Positions 21,025 through 34,777 of a stretch of DNA of 64,000 nt are shown here, one piece after another. Source of the DNA: Vermamoeba vermiformis (taxonomy: Eukaryota); the NCBI GenBank assembly GCA_045837725.1, contig JBEWZL010000076.1, forward strand, positions 1 through 64,000, in the 5' to 3' direction. The notes under the pieces were generated by a model, which saw only the letters and a program-made list of their open reading frames with translations, had not been told where the DNA came from and did not search any database. Position 1 is the stretch's first letter. Every line of letters begins with the position of its first letter. The position numbers were made by a program, and so were the translations under genes.

Positions 21025-24000
21025 ATGGAGCCTCGACGAGCTTTTCCTCAATTAAGAAAGCGTCCAAGAGACACCGCAGAAACAAATACAACGAAGTGAG
21101 TGCAAGATGCGAATGAAAAGTGACACCACAATTCCTTAATCTTCGCAAACTAATTTTTAAAATTATTATAAATAGGCCAGAGTCTTTTGAAGACCGAGAT
21201 GAGAAGTCCAAAGCGGATCTATTGACTTTTATTTACAATACACAATTTTTAATATTCGCTACTCCTAATATTTTATTAGCATTGTACATTGGTGGCAGAG
21301 TGTATCCTTTATTATTGAAAAATATAATTATAGAGCTCCTTTTTGTATTATCTACCTTAACAAATTTTTCAGGTTGCTGTCACTCGCAATTTTGGCTGCT
21401 ACGACAACCTATTTACTTTATAATTTCAAACTATATGATTAGTAAGTGTAAATATACTTTTGTTACACGAGCTAATCATTACAACAGCGTGGTGGGAAGC
21501 GTTTGGATCTTCTCTGGCATTATGTACATCGCCCAAATTATATTCGGCGGATATTTATTCGAGTAAGTCGACAATACAGCAACATAACCGTACTAATAAA
21601 ACAGTTTTTCGATTTTAAACCTGTTTTTCCTGTTGGGCAATGGCATGTTTATCTTTGTGTTTGGTAAGGAGAATCATTAATTTATTTTGTAGATTTTTAT
21701 TAACATATTGCGTAGGTGCGTGGATCACTTTACAATTAAAATGGGTCTACGGTCGCGAAGCGTTCTCTGTGAGTGTCAAATGAAGTCAAAAAATGATACG
21801 TGTCCTGACATTTCTCAGATGGTTGAACGTCTCGTGCTGTCATTCACAGCGATACCATTCGTGGCAACAGTCACTTGGGCACTGATACAGCACGTTGGCA
21901 TTGGCGCAGCACCGTATATATATTTTATAACCTCGGCCATGGCCTACTACGGATTACAACTACCGCAAGTGTCATCGCTGAGTGATGAACGCAATAAGAT
22001 TCACGAAGTAGACGCTAAAGAGAAGAAAAAGAATGACGATGGAGTGCCTAACGATGAGGCCACCGAGAAGTACTTGGCTGAACTTTCTGCTGGCTGTAAG
22101 TGTATCTTTTCACATACGCCATTACTCATCGTCACTTAAGCGCGATACATTGCTTCCGCTTGGGAAGGAGGCTTCCATACCATTCATCTGCTACTTGGAT
22201 CTGCTCTGCTGTACATTTTTGTGTATCACCGAGTACTTTTCACTTTCAAGCACTTCATGGGTCTCACGCTCTTCCTTGCACTTCCCATCGTATTTTTACT
22301 CGTCATTAATGCGAAGAAACCGTTGTGGTGGTTGGGTGAGTTTCTCGCATACGTATGGATCTGACGTCACTAATCTTCCTCAATACCAGGATTCACTGAA
22401 GATGTTGCATCGACTGTTTTGTATTACCCAGCTCTATTTGCTACGATCTGGAGTGTCGTATCTGCATCGCTTTTAATTGTTTTCTACTCGCCACTCACCA
22501 CCGAGATGCTGTACATTCGTTATCATCCGTATTGGAGCTTGGCCCTGACACTGCTCTCCATTTTATCGCTGCTTCTTGGTCTTGGCTTGCATTTCAGATT
22601 CAACGCTGTGACTTCATTGCTACATCTGCGATTAAGCTCGGCGCCTTACCTTTTCCATGCCCTCGTCATTCCCCCGACAATGTTCATCACTTTCTTGCTC
22701 GGATTTCCATGGTACTTCTATCCATTGCCAATCACGGCCGCATACTTTTTGGTGAATTTTTATCTCCACAAACACCTCAAAGTAAGTGATAGTGGTCTCT
22801 TGGCTTTAAGTTAACACTGTTCTATTCGCAGGACTATCTGTTCTTCGCCGGTGCCTCTGTAGTCTGCACCTTTGTATATACGCAGCTACGTTTCTGGTTC
22901 GTCGAGTAAGTGCACAATTACCCATTTTTTGATACAACTGACACGCGTTCAGGTACAAATTCTTCACGCTGGATCTCTCCATGCAATTTGCGTCGATGTT
23001 ACTCGTGCTGATCTTCGGTGTGTCGTTGTTAATGCCGGCCCTCATACTGATGAATCGCTGGACCGAAATGAATTCATTCTTGGCATTCGTTTACGCGGTG
23101 TTCTTCACCTTTGCTGAAATTATTGTTTACTATCAAGGCGTTTACAACGAATGGATTGTCGCAATGACATCAATACTAGGCATATATGTGACGATCAAGT
23201 ATGTACTTTGATAATATTACCTTTGTCGTTTCGAGGACTGACATTATACCAGGCTGTTCAAATCAACTAAAATTACCGAAAATATGGCGGCACTGATATT
23301 AGGCCTCTACTTGGGCAAGCTCACATTGTTAGCGTTTCCGTATTACTACAATGACTGGAACAAGACTTGGCAGCCATTTTTATCGGCAGTATTCTTCACG
23401 ACAATGGCTAAGTTATTCTACTTTAAGCCAGTTAACGATAACATCTCGGCTAAAGAGGTAGCAATCACTCATACCTCGAGCAAGCACTAACCCTTTATTA
23501 AGTACTTGGTCTATCTCCTCGTCCTCACTTCATCTGCGCTGTTGCTTCAACCCGTGCTCAGTCAATTCCTCACGGAGCAATGGCAATCGCCGGTGATGGA
23601 AGTGTCACTCAATTGGCTCGTGCTGGGTGTGGCATTGTTGCCGCTGTCCTTCAAATTCAGAAATAAGAGCATTTTCGTCAGAAACTTGAATATCTTCTTG
23701 TTGGTCTCGAGTGGATTGTTGATGTTGATCCACGGACTGGCCAATCAACGCTACACTCAAAATGACGTTTCGTGGTTGCCCTTCGTGCAATTGTTGCAAC
23801 TTTTCTTGGCTTTATTGGTACCAATATTGGTTTTGGCAAGGTTAGTGACCAAACTTTAATCACAATCTCCTCTAACATTGGGCAGAGTTCTACCGGTCCA
23901 AAGAAGTGGTCTGATGAGACTACTAGTCAGTTCTGTCGAAGGTGTCTTAATAGGGTAAGTCAATAGCCTTCTCTTATCTACTGTCAGCATACCTAACTCT

Positions 24001-25017
24001 CGAGCTTAGCACATTGATCATGAACTGGCTCAACGTACGTGCACACGCAGCATTATTCTGGTTGGGTTACATCTCGATGGGCCAACTATTCTGCGCCTTC
24101 ATTCTCTTTTCTATTTGGCCCTCGCCAAAGACCGTCGACCGTATGCCAACAATGTAAGTTTCAGTCACAAGTTGAGCGCTGAATAACCGTTCTTCAGCTA
24201 CGCACTATTGTGCTCTTCGTTTGCATTCATCTATTTGCTCGACGATATCTACAGTTCAAAACGAGGTACGTACTCAAGTTGACAGATGGATTTCGCTAAC
24301 AATTGTTTAGATACGGAGACGTACCAATTGGTGTTGTTTGGCACCTTTATGGCCATGAATGGAACCATCAGCATTGTTCTGAAGTTATTGACGAGCCAAT
24401 TTACGCACCAAAAACGAAGACCTGTGAACACTACTGCCGAATCTAAGAACATTAATGAGACATCGTGGCGCCACTCAATAGGAAACATATCGACCGTAGT
24501 TTGCTTACAACTGCTGGTGCATTTAACGACACACTATTTTGATGGCTCGCAACTAGTTGTGGTGTTTCTCTCATCACTGCTCGTGTTGTTGCACTCTGAA
24601 CAAGCTCCTGTGAGTCAGTTATCGGCCAAGAACAGATTCTATCCGATAATACTGTACAACAGCATCTACATGCTCGGATCAGCGTTGTCACTAATTCTCT
24701 GCTCGAGGCCATTCTTTAACTACACTGGCTTCTTCCACGTCCAGCCTTCTATTAACTATACAACACGTGCTGCTTGGAAGAATTTGTTGTTAACGCTTGG
24801 AGTGGTCCCGAGCGCCATCTTCGCAAACTTGTTTTTGCACTCTTGGAGACAACGAAGCACTCTTGCGTGGCTATTGGTACTCCCACTTGATATTCTTGCT
24901 TTATTGCTCGCAGACATCACCCAAGTGCAGTTAGTAGCTGTGTTCGCACTTGGAATCTGCATCTATCAATTCGTCCACACAAGAAATAATCGCAAGCGAA
25001 ATACAAGAACCATTTAA
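21025..25017 (+). CDS. Large polytopic membrane protein, NO EXINE FORMATION 1 (NEF1)-like, many exons
   Basis: Spliced peptides TPNILLALYIGG, GAWITLQLKWV and ERLVLSFTAIPF resemble plant NEF1 (W-S-LQFKW...LERLLFAC) as recalled; many hydrophobic segments. Confidence 0.65.
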
Positions 25018-25339
25018 ATAATAAAGCAATTTTGTAAATAATATTTGATTAATAATTACTAAGACTACCGTTAAAGCTGAGATTTGAATCTCAATCCACA
25101 AACCCGGTCTGCCGAACTAAGTCTTCGAAATATGATTATCAATTAAAGACGCGTTGTGCGTCATGACGTAGACGCGTAAACAATTATAAAGCATTTAGGT
25201 TTGGCTTAAAAAAATTGCGAAGGATTTTTCGGCCAGTTAGTCAGGGTCTGACCCGACCCCCCCATTTTTCCTTCCGTATCTTGTCCTCTCTTTTCTTTGT
25301 CCAGTTCGTTCTTACCACACGTTTCAGCAGCATACAGAA

Positions 25340-26488
25340 ATGGTATATATTCGCGATTAAGCAGCATTTTTAAATAATATGGAGATATTTGCCAACGATA
25401 CCGATATCAAGCAAGGAGATTTGTCGATGTCGATGCAAAATTGGATTAAAATTAATTACAGCATAATAATAATATTATTATTGTTACCATTTGTAAAAAA
25501 TAATATAATTAATTTGCTTTGATATTTAGAGCTCTCCTTTCAGACGTTTTGTTCAAATCGGCAGAGTTGCCTTGATCAACTACGGCCCTGATGTTGGCAA
25601 ACTTTGCGTCATCATCGACGTTGTCGATCAAAACAGAGTAAGTATTTGAACCAATTCGAATGATATTTAATAATTCGTATTTATAAATTATTGTGATATT
25701 GAAATTAATTTAATTCTCATACCTCAGTTTTTCTAATGGTTATTTAATAGGCCCTTGTTGATGGCCCTGAGACCGTCACTGGCGTTAAGCGTCAAGCTAT
25801 TCACTTCAAGCGTTTGAGCCTTACTGATCACGTCGTCAAGGTTCCCCGTAACGCCAGACAAACCTTGTTGGCCAAGGCTTTCAACGCCTCTGAGGTTAAG
25901 ACCAAGTTCGCTAACAGCGCTTGGGGCAAGAAATTGGCTGCTAAAGAAGCCAGAGCTAACACTTCTGACTTCGATCGCTTCAAGATCACTGTCCTCAAGA
26001 AGAGAGTAAGTGTGGTTTTATTCGACTCGAAATAATTTTCAGAAATATTTTTGGAATGATGTACGAGCAAATATGAACGGGAGGGCTCGTCCGTCCTCAA
26101 GCGGATGGGTTCATCCAGTGCTTTATGGGAAGCAATACACCCTTGTGGTGAGTTCGCTGCTACTCGCGGGGCATTGTAATGATGCTTACGTGGGGGTGCG
26201 GAGGACAAGTATTTGTTGCCAATTTCCCGCACAAACGTTCTACATCAAGCGAGCTTGGGATCTCCTGGCTTCGGTCGGTTGATGGTCCCTTGTTCCCGTA
26301 TGCATATTCCACCTCCCGATTACTAGACGCTAGACGTCTTTTCGTAGTGGGACGAACCATGCAAACGACATTTCTTTTATTATTATCAATCAAGATCTTG
26401 TACTGATCCCAATTTCTTTCAACAGAGAAACCACCTCGTTGCTGCTGAAACCCGCAAGTTAGTCAAGGCTGCCAACAAGAAGAAATAA
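25340..26488 (+). CDS. RPL14: 60S ribosomal protein eL14 (exons 25340-25342, 25530-25637, 25751-26005, 26426-26488)
   Basis: [39 protein letters not shown]...SAWGKKLA...SDFDRFK; pyrimidine-rich tract upstream. Confidence 0.97.
26055..26373 (+). ncRNA. snR30: Intronic H/ACA snoRNA, U17/snR30 family (5' end approximate)
   Basis: GC-rich structured core in an unusually long (420-nt) RPL14 intron. m1-like ATATTCC at 26304 and m2-like GAACCAT at 26354 sit above a CGTATGC/GCAAACG stem, followed by ACA (26368-26370) plus 3 nt. Confidence 0.8.
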
Positions 26489-26783
26489 ATAATATTTCGT
26501 GTGTAAACAACTTGCAAATAAATACAAAACTAAAACCCGTGTCTCTTAGTAGATTCGCTGCTGGCGACACCACAACTCAGAATCATTTCAGTTCGGTGTT
26601 CAAGGGCTCTTCACGATCAAAATTGCGTTCATCGTGGCGTGATGAAAGAAATTCTTGCAGGCAGCTGTTGCAGTAAATCTGTGCTGGATTTAGCAACAAA
26701 TGAGTTCACCTTTCAGACAAAGCCGCACGGCGTATTTTACAATTAATTTGCACAGTGTGCAACGAGCTAGAATCAAAGAATAG

Positions 26784-29019
26784 ATGATTAGATCGGCAAT
26801 CATTATTGGAGGAGGCATCGGTAAGTGACCGATCCGGCGAAAAAAACATTCAAAAAATTAAACAAAATTATTTTATAGGAGGCCTTACTGCAGCGCACGC
26901 ATTGCGTAGAGTTGGAATTAAGCCAATGATTTTTGAGCGTTATGTAAGAAGCAAAGGTAAGGCATCATTTACTTTTGAAATTTGGAAAAATATTCTTAAT
27001 AATAATGTAGAGTATGTGGGCAATGGTATTGGACTGTGGGTCAATTCACTACGATGTTACGAAGAGCTTGGACTGAAGGACGAATTAATGAAAAAAGGTG
27101 TCATCATGAAGCACCCCTCGTATAAGACTACCCAAGGGCAATTACTAGCAGCACCCTCAAGGGATTTTCATCGCAAATTTCCAGTTTTATGTAAGTTCCA
27201 GCGTACTCCGGATGCGCTTCATGAACTAACTCTGATCAGGTATGCACCGCAAGGACTTGTACAGCATTCTATTATCGGATCTTATGCGCGATGAGTTGGT
27301 GCACGAGGGCAAGAGATTCACGCATTATTCGTTCAAACAAGTTGAAGGCAACAAAGAACAGGTTGTAGCGCACTTCGAAGACGGATCTGAAGTCGCTGCG
27401 GACATTTTGATTGGTGCGGATGGAATCAATTCTGGTGTTAGACAACAGGTACTGTACAGCGAAGTGCTAAATTTCTATTTGAGCTTACACGCAGTTTCAT
27501 CTCAGATGTTCCCCAATGCCCAGCTCAAGTACTGCGGTTACACCTACTACAGAGCGACATTGAACGTGGAGCCAGAGAAGTGGGATGAGTTGCGTGACTC
27601 GTTTGAGACGTGGGGATCAGACAGGCGATTTGGATTTGTGCCTCTAGCCAAGCCTGAGGTAGTGCACTGAGCTAATCATTGAGGTGATTTTACTGACACG
27701 AACACAGCTATTTTGGTTCACGCCCATCAGAGCTGAAGCTAGTACACGAGAGGTAATTACAGAGGACACTAAGAAGAGACTGTTAGAGCAGTACAAGGAC
27801 TGGCACTATCCCATTCAATACCTCATTCAGAACACGAGCATCGAGCACTTGATGCGTACTGACATTTGGAAGATGCCAACGCTGCCCAAGTGGCACGAAA
27901 AGCAGGTAAACGAACCCTCTTGTAAAGGAATACTAGGCCTAGGGTCTAATGTTGTACAGGCCGGGCTGATCGGTGACGCGTGTCACGCCACTGCCCCGAA
28001 CTTGGCGCAAGGAGCAGGTCTGTCCATTGAAGACGCACTTGATCTGGCCAATCACTTTAAAGACTTGAATCACGGCGCGTACAAAAACATCGAGGAGTGT
28101 CTCGAGGCATTTGAAAGAAAAAGAATTCCACGCGCTGCGACCGTTCAGTTGTTCGCAGACATCATTGCATTCGTTGGTCAGTTAGAGAACCCGACATTGA
28201 TTACGATACGAAACAAGATGATGCAACTAGTACCGCAGTTCATCAAGTCAAAAGTGTTCGAATTTGTTGTCAAAATCACTCTTGGGTGGAACTGGAGACC
28301 ACCAAAGTAAGTCTTAATTAGTACGTAATACCTCCACATAGGTCTCATAGTATGTTATCCAGATTGAGCAACATCTCATTATTGCACCAAGCATTAGGCG
28401 ACAAGTTTATGCAACTTCCTGATGTCATGCGCGAGTTCAGAAGTCGTGCAGCTGGAGGCAAAGGAACGGGCATCAGCACTGTACGAAGGTATAGTACAAT
28501 ATAAGCAGTGTATTGAGTCCATACTAACCGCGTAACAGAGGTACGAACTTCCTGTCACGCGCCATTGGTGTCGTCGCAGGATTGCCCCGGGAGAGCGAGA
28601 ACTTGCCATTCAAAGCACTAGTCCAAGTACGCGACTGCAAGCAGTACTGGACGAGAGTGTTTGGACAAGACGCATTCACGACTGTGATGAGTGTTGAGGG
28701 CGATGAAGAGCCGCATTTAGTCGAGAAATTTGGCCCGATGAAGTTCCAATACGACATTAGGGTAGATGATGGCATTATTCAATACAAGACCTCGAGATTC
28801 TCGATATTTAACGTGCCCATTCCGAGCGTCATCGCACCGAGGTCAGAGTGGGAAGAGCGGCCTACAGGTATGTGAAATTGTTGGAAGAATTTAGGCCAGA
28901 GACTAAAGATTTCATTTGCAGAGACCGGTTGGACTTTTGAAGGCAAGATTCAAATGCCTATTTTAGGTCAATTAATGTATTACAAAGGAAGCTTTGATGT
29001 GAGCAAGGAAGATCTATAA
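26784..29019 (+). CDS. FAD-dependent monooxygenase with C-terminal DUF4166-like domain, multi-exon
   Basis: IIIGGGIGGL, ILIGADGINS and LIGDACHATAPNLAQGAGLSIEDA. An intron starting at ~28307 extends the frame into YWTRVFG...LVEKFGP...PILGQLMYYKGSF. Confidence 0.88.
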
Positions 29020-29308
29020 AATAGTGTTACGGCATTTAGTTTCGATCCTTATCGAAAGATGGCGAGGGTTTAAGTTTGCGATCTGACTTGCTAGCGCTTT
29101 ATTACCGTCATCTAAGTGCGTTTCTCTCTGTCGAAAGTGGATAAAACGCGATCATGGAGCCCATCAGCTGTCCTTGCAACAGGTTTGGCCTAACAATAAG
29201 GTTCGAATCGAGATGCGCGAGACTTTTGCATTGTCATACGAATATGGTACATTTATTTACTACAAGACGTGACAAAAACAAAAAATAAATGTTGTGCTTA
29301 TGAATAAA

Positions 29309-32024
29309 TTAAAGGAAAGGATTCACATTCTTTGGCGGTGAAGTTGCGAGTTGTGGGCTCGAAGGGGTATAATTAGCATTAAAGGCATTACCATTATTAG
29401 CGTTGTATGCATTGCCGTTGTTAGCATTGTAAGCCGTACCGTTGTTAATATTGCCCGAGAACGATGCGCCATTTTGAGCATTTACGTTGTAATTTCCACT
29501 GAATTGATTTGAAGGTTGATTGTCGAACGGGTTGGCGAAGAATTTTTGGTTTGAGTTCTGGGCATTGGGTGTGGGGTTGCTATTAACAGGCTGCGAGCCA
29601 GAAGGTTGATTGAGTTGACCAGTCGGGTTGTTCGCTCCAGGTGTCTCGTCGTAGAAGTACTTGCCGAAAGTGTTCGCAAGCGTGCGTTGTTTGCTGGTGA
29701 ATTGATCGATCTCTTCAGCGGTCATCTTGCTGAAGTCTTCAGCGCCCTTGATCTTGTACGAGCTGAAATCGTCTGAGAACGGATTGCGCGGGGCTTGTTG
29801 GTCGGGCGCAGCAAACGGATTGCCGCCAGTGTTGTTGCTCGTGGTTGGGTTCGAGGAGGTCGGGTTCGAGCCAAAACCATTGGCGTTGTTGTTGAGCGAG
29901 GGGTTGGACATGGAGGGATTGCCGTACATGTTGAACGAGGATGTGTTGCCGTTGGGTGCACCAGTCAAGTACGAGTTCTGCGGTGATCCGACGTTCAAGT
30001 TCTGTTGTGACATGCCACTCAAGTACGAGTTCTGAGGAGAGCCGACATTGAGATTGGGCTGCGACGAGACTGTCATCTGCGCGAAGGGATTTGTGAGCTG
30101 ATTGGCCGAGGTGACGTTGTAGCCGTAGAGACCGGGCTGCGGCTGTGATTGTGTGGCGACTTGTGCGAAGGGATTAATGAGACCAGGCGTGGCAGTTTGC
30201 ATGGGACTCGTCGGCTGTGACATGAAGCTGACTGAAGCTCTGTTGGGTGACGTGCTGTAGACTCCAGGGTTGGAACCGCTCAAGTTGGAAGTGCTGCGAC
30301 CTCGTGCACGCGGTGCAGTGTCTGATGTGTAGCCTTTGAATGGGACATTAGAACCGATTCATGAATGCAAGTGGCTAGTAAGATGATGTGATTGGTCAGT
30401 TTGATCGAGTACGTACCACGCTCAATGTAGTTCTTGCGGAACAATTCATCGTCGTCAGTGTCAGCAGTGTCGGTGTCATCATCGCTCGAGTTTGATTCTT
30501 CGTCGTCACTGTCCTCATCGGCTTTCACAAAAGGACGAAGTGCCTAAGTAAGTTGACATTAGCACTCTTCGATAATCAAAGCTAGTTCATTCATCACAGC
30601 TCTGGTCTCACCTTCTCCAACTTGTCGTTGATGTCCAACAAGGCCGCGAGTGCTTTTTCCTTGTCAATGTTGTCGTTGACCAAGCGTTGAAGATTGTTCG
30701 AGGTGTCTTTCAGCCTTTGTTCGCAGCGTTAGTAATGCACAACGAGACCGCTAATCGCGCTGTTAGTGACTTACTTCTTGATCATCTCTTTCACCATGTC
30801 GTTGTTCTTGGCCGAGCTCGAGTTAGGACCGCCCAACTGCGCCAAGATGTCGTTCAACAGCGCGATTTGTTCTTCAGCGTTCTTCACCTCGCGTTGCACT
30901 TTCTCGGGGATCGGATCGTTCCTTGAACGGTGCATAAACTCGCGACGAGCACCCGTGTTTTGTGGTTGAATTGGCCCCGCGTGAATGTTGCGCGCAGGTG
31001 TTTGCACGGGCACTTTATCGTCTTCTTTGGGCTCGGGGAATTTAATGCCCTTTTTGACGAGACGACGATAGGTGTTGTAGAATATAGGCACTTCGAATCT
31101 GCTGGCGTAGAATCCAATGCCCCACATTTGAATCATGGTCACTGCTTTCTCGCCCACAAAATTCTTGTAGTTGTTCAATTGTGAATAGGGCTTTTTTCTC
31201 TTCTTCCATCGCTAATGTAATTATGTCAGTATTAATTTGTCGTATTGATGGTAGTTAAATTATTATTGGCTGTTTTATTTTCAAAATTTCGCGATGATTT
31301 TGTCGATCCACAATAAATCATAATGGGAAAGTTGACAGGTATTAATTAAATAATATAATATGGTACTTACGCGATAGACGAGCATTTTTAATCTGTGCAT
31401 AATCTCTTTAGTGCCGATTGCACGTGCAAATTGAATGCCGCAATTTTTGACTAGAGCATCCAGCAACTTGATATTTGAGTGAGTATAGGATAATTAATTA
31501 TTCATTATATGACCACAATATCAATAGCTATTAACTCCAGAATTCATGTTTACTCAAGAAGAAAATTTAAAAAATTTAGGACTTTTTGCGGATGGACAGC
31601 TGGAAATAAGCCGAGCTCCACAAATTACCGTGTAATATTATGTACATACTATTATAAATATATTATTAAAGCGTGATTAACTTACGATCAAAGTTAGCCA
31701 TTGAATGCGAGGATCTCGGGACTTGAGTTGGGCGTGAACAGTTGGTAATAAATATTGCGCCCTATATTATAAAATAGCAAAATATCAATATTCCATTCCG
31801 AGGGTAGCCGAGTAACGAGTATTTAATCGGGTTTTCCAAATCAAAAAAATATTTTTTGATCAAGTGCAGTCTTAATTTCAAAGACTATTATCTGATTAGA
31901 TTACATACGCTCTATACGGATCCTTATTTACGAGATCAATAACTTTCATATTCTGCTCCCAGTTGGGATTGAGCCTGCCACGAGTACTTCTGTCGAACTC
32001 GGACAACAGTTCATTAACGGCCAT
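29309..32024 (-). CDS. VHS-GAT domain trafficking adaptor (TOM1-like) with NPF-rich C-terminus
   Basis: PNWEQNMKVIDLVN, LLDALVKNCG, IQMW and LVKKGIKFP (VHS); GAT-like helices ALAALLDINDKL; six NPF motifs. Confidence 0.88.
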
Positions 32025-33109
32025 GATTTCGCACTTTGCTTGAAATCAACTGTGGGCGAGGTGTTGCGGTGCTTAAAGAGTTTGTTTTTCCAAAGCGCTG
32101 AGGACGATTTAAAAAAACAACAAAGTCAATTTTACTTGAGATTTCTCCGAGGCCAACCAAAACTAAGAACGCTGAGCCTGAAAGATACTATCTTTTTTCG
32201 AGGACCAAAGGTCACTAAAATGCAACAAATCCCTTTAATATTTACACGTAAGTTTTAATCTTATAAGATTTTATAGTACATTCACGCTGAGGCTGAAATC
32301 AGTATGTATTTTAGTCGCTTAAGCGATCAGCTGTAATTTTAACAATGGATCCATGTCGAAGGAAGTTGGGTTACTGCGGTCGTCTTCGTCCGCGTGTAAT
32401 AGGCACGTCGAAAGTGCCACGGAGCGCCGCTGACCTGATTAATTCATGATCAGCTCCAGCGTGTCGGTGTTGCACGATAGAATCAAGATTAACAATATGA
32501 AATTAGCTCAACTTTATTCATTAAAACTGATTTACGCACGACGATTGCCTAATACGCAGTTTTACGGTGTGCGATGGTCTACACTTGTGATCACAGCGTG
32601 TATGATACAATGCCTAGCACTTCGCACTGTAGTTGAACTGGAATTATTAGGACTATAGTACGCCCAAGCTTAGATCCCAGCTGCTCGACTAGTAAACCTT
32701 CACTTGATATTAGGACAAAGCTTCTATATTTTATGGGCCAAGTTTAGGAAAGTTTGATTTCTGACTGCCTATTTTTTTCAAAATCCAGATGTCAAAGAAG
32801 AATTTCGTAAATCAAACCGGAAACGAAACAAATTCTTCTTTCATTAATAGAGCGTATCACAGGCGTTATGGTTGTATAAATAAAATTACGACAGTGGTTT
32901 GTATGATTAATTCCAAAAAAGGCAATATTTACAGAAAAAATCGCACTGATAAAAATCATCTTCTAACATTACTATGCGGCGAAAAAATAGATAAAGCTTG
33001 TCTATGGCATTTGACAACTCATCAATCAATTGATTGCCACAATTCATAGCAACTGACTTGTTGCTTCCGACTGGATCGTACACTATTCTCAACCAACGTT
33101 AATATCAGA

Positions 33110-34692
33110 ATGGCTATTTTCATTATTTCGCTAGTACTCTCTAGCTTGGCTTTATTCTCCCTGTGGATCGTCAAAAACTCTCGATCGGTTGCTAGGGATC
33201 AAACAACAGGTCTCAAAACACCACCCCTTGCCAAGTCCAAGTTCTTCTTCGGACACTTTGCTGAATTTTTGAATAAAGAATGGAGACCTCTGCTCGCTAA
33301 ATGGTTCAACATGGAGGATCAAGTCATTGCCCTGCACGTCTTCGGTTCTCGCCAACTCTACCTTTGCAACAAGCCTGAGAGCTCTCAAACATTATTGGAT
33401 ATGACTGACGAAAAGGCAGACTTTCCTAATGGTCTCTTTGGCAACCTCACCGTCTTGCCCGCTGAACTCGGGTTAGATCCGCGCGTGTTCATGACCATCT
33501 CCAACACTATCATTAAGGGCCGCTTCTACACTTCTCACTTGAACATCTTCGCGCGTGAGTTCATCAACATGTCTTCGTCTATTCGTGGCATGCACTACAA
33601 GCTGGACTTCACTGCGTGGTTGATGGACTACATCCGCACCACTGCAGTCACAATCTTCTTGGGCGACAAGGTGCGTGCTCATATGGACGAAATCTTGCCC
33701 ATGTTTGAGGACCTCTTGGGTAGTGTCTCGTTCTCTGCTATTGGTAAGTGAAAAGTTCATTGTGCGCTGAAAGCTAACCATTTTATCGCAGCTATTCGCA
33801 AGTTCTACAAGCGATTCCTCGTCAAGGCTGGAATTCCCATCGACACCACTCCTCGTGTGCAAGAGGCGCGCAAGAAGCTGCACACTATTGTCTTGAATGC
33901 CATTCACAAGCGTGTTGAAGAACGCGAGACTAAGACTGGACCCGAGTTCGATCCGTTGGATGTGGCCATTGACTTGTCACCCAAAGATCTCAGCTGGGCT
34001 GCTTATGGTGCTTTGCAAACTGTTGCCGCTACGATCAACATGGGCCCCTCTTCAGTGAACACTTTGCACGAAATCTTGAAGCGCGAAGATCTATTGTAAG
34101 TCATGTTAGATCCACTTTCGACACTACGAGCAATTTACTTACGGCGATATTTAGTGCTCGCATTATGGAAGAGCAGCGTCGTGTTGTTAAGGATGACAGT
34201 TTGGTGTTGACCCAGGAGAAGGTCTGTGAGATGAAACTGCTCGAGTCGTGCATGAAAGAGGTGTTGCGCATGCACTCGGCGTGTGTTGGCACTCCTCGCA
34301 TTGCCCGAGAAGACTTGAACATCGAAGGATACCTCGTGCCCAAGGGCTCACAAGTCGCCCCCGTGCTGACAGCAGTGCACATGAACGACAGGTACTACGA
34401 CAATCCTGCCGAGTTCAATCCCGATCGCTTCTTGGACAGCAAAGCACACAATTTCCTCGGCTACGGCGGTGGTCAACATCCTTGCAGTGCGAAGAACTGG
34501 TCGCTCGTCATGGTCCGCGCCGGACTCAGCTACATTCTGCGCTCTATTCACAGCTACGAGTTCTTGCACGCCGAGACTAAGATGCGCATCTTGGGGTTCA
34601 ACCGCGTCTACTCGAGCAACATCCGCGGCATCATTGAGCCCATCACGCCTTCACGCGCGATTGTTTCTCCTGTCGCTGAACTCACAGCCTAA
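33110..34692 (+). CDS. Cytochrome P450, atypical I-helix, 3 exons
   Basis: N-terminal TM plus Pro-rich hinge, ExxR (EVLR), PDRF, heme loop FLGYGGGQHPCSA. Confidence 0.92.
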
Positions 34693-34777
34693 AAAGCTTC
34701 ATTGTGAGTTCTACTTAACTATTCTTATTGTATAATTTCTTTGTAAATAAATTGCGGATTATTTTTCTTACTTACGC

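Noticed and set aside
26056-26406. C/D-box or U3 snoRNA in the RPL14 intron (ATGATGT ... CTGA)
   Set aside because: The C box is imperfect and the CTGA coincides with the branch site; m1/m2 plus ACA fit U17/snR30 better
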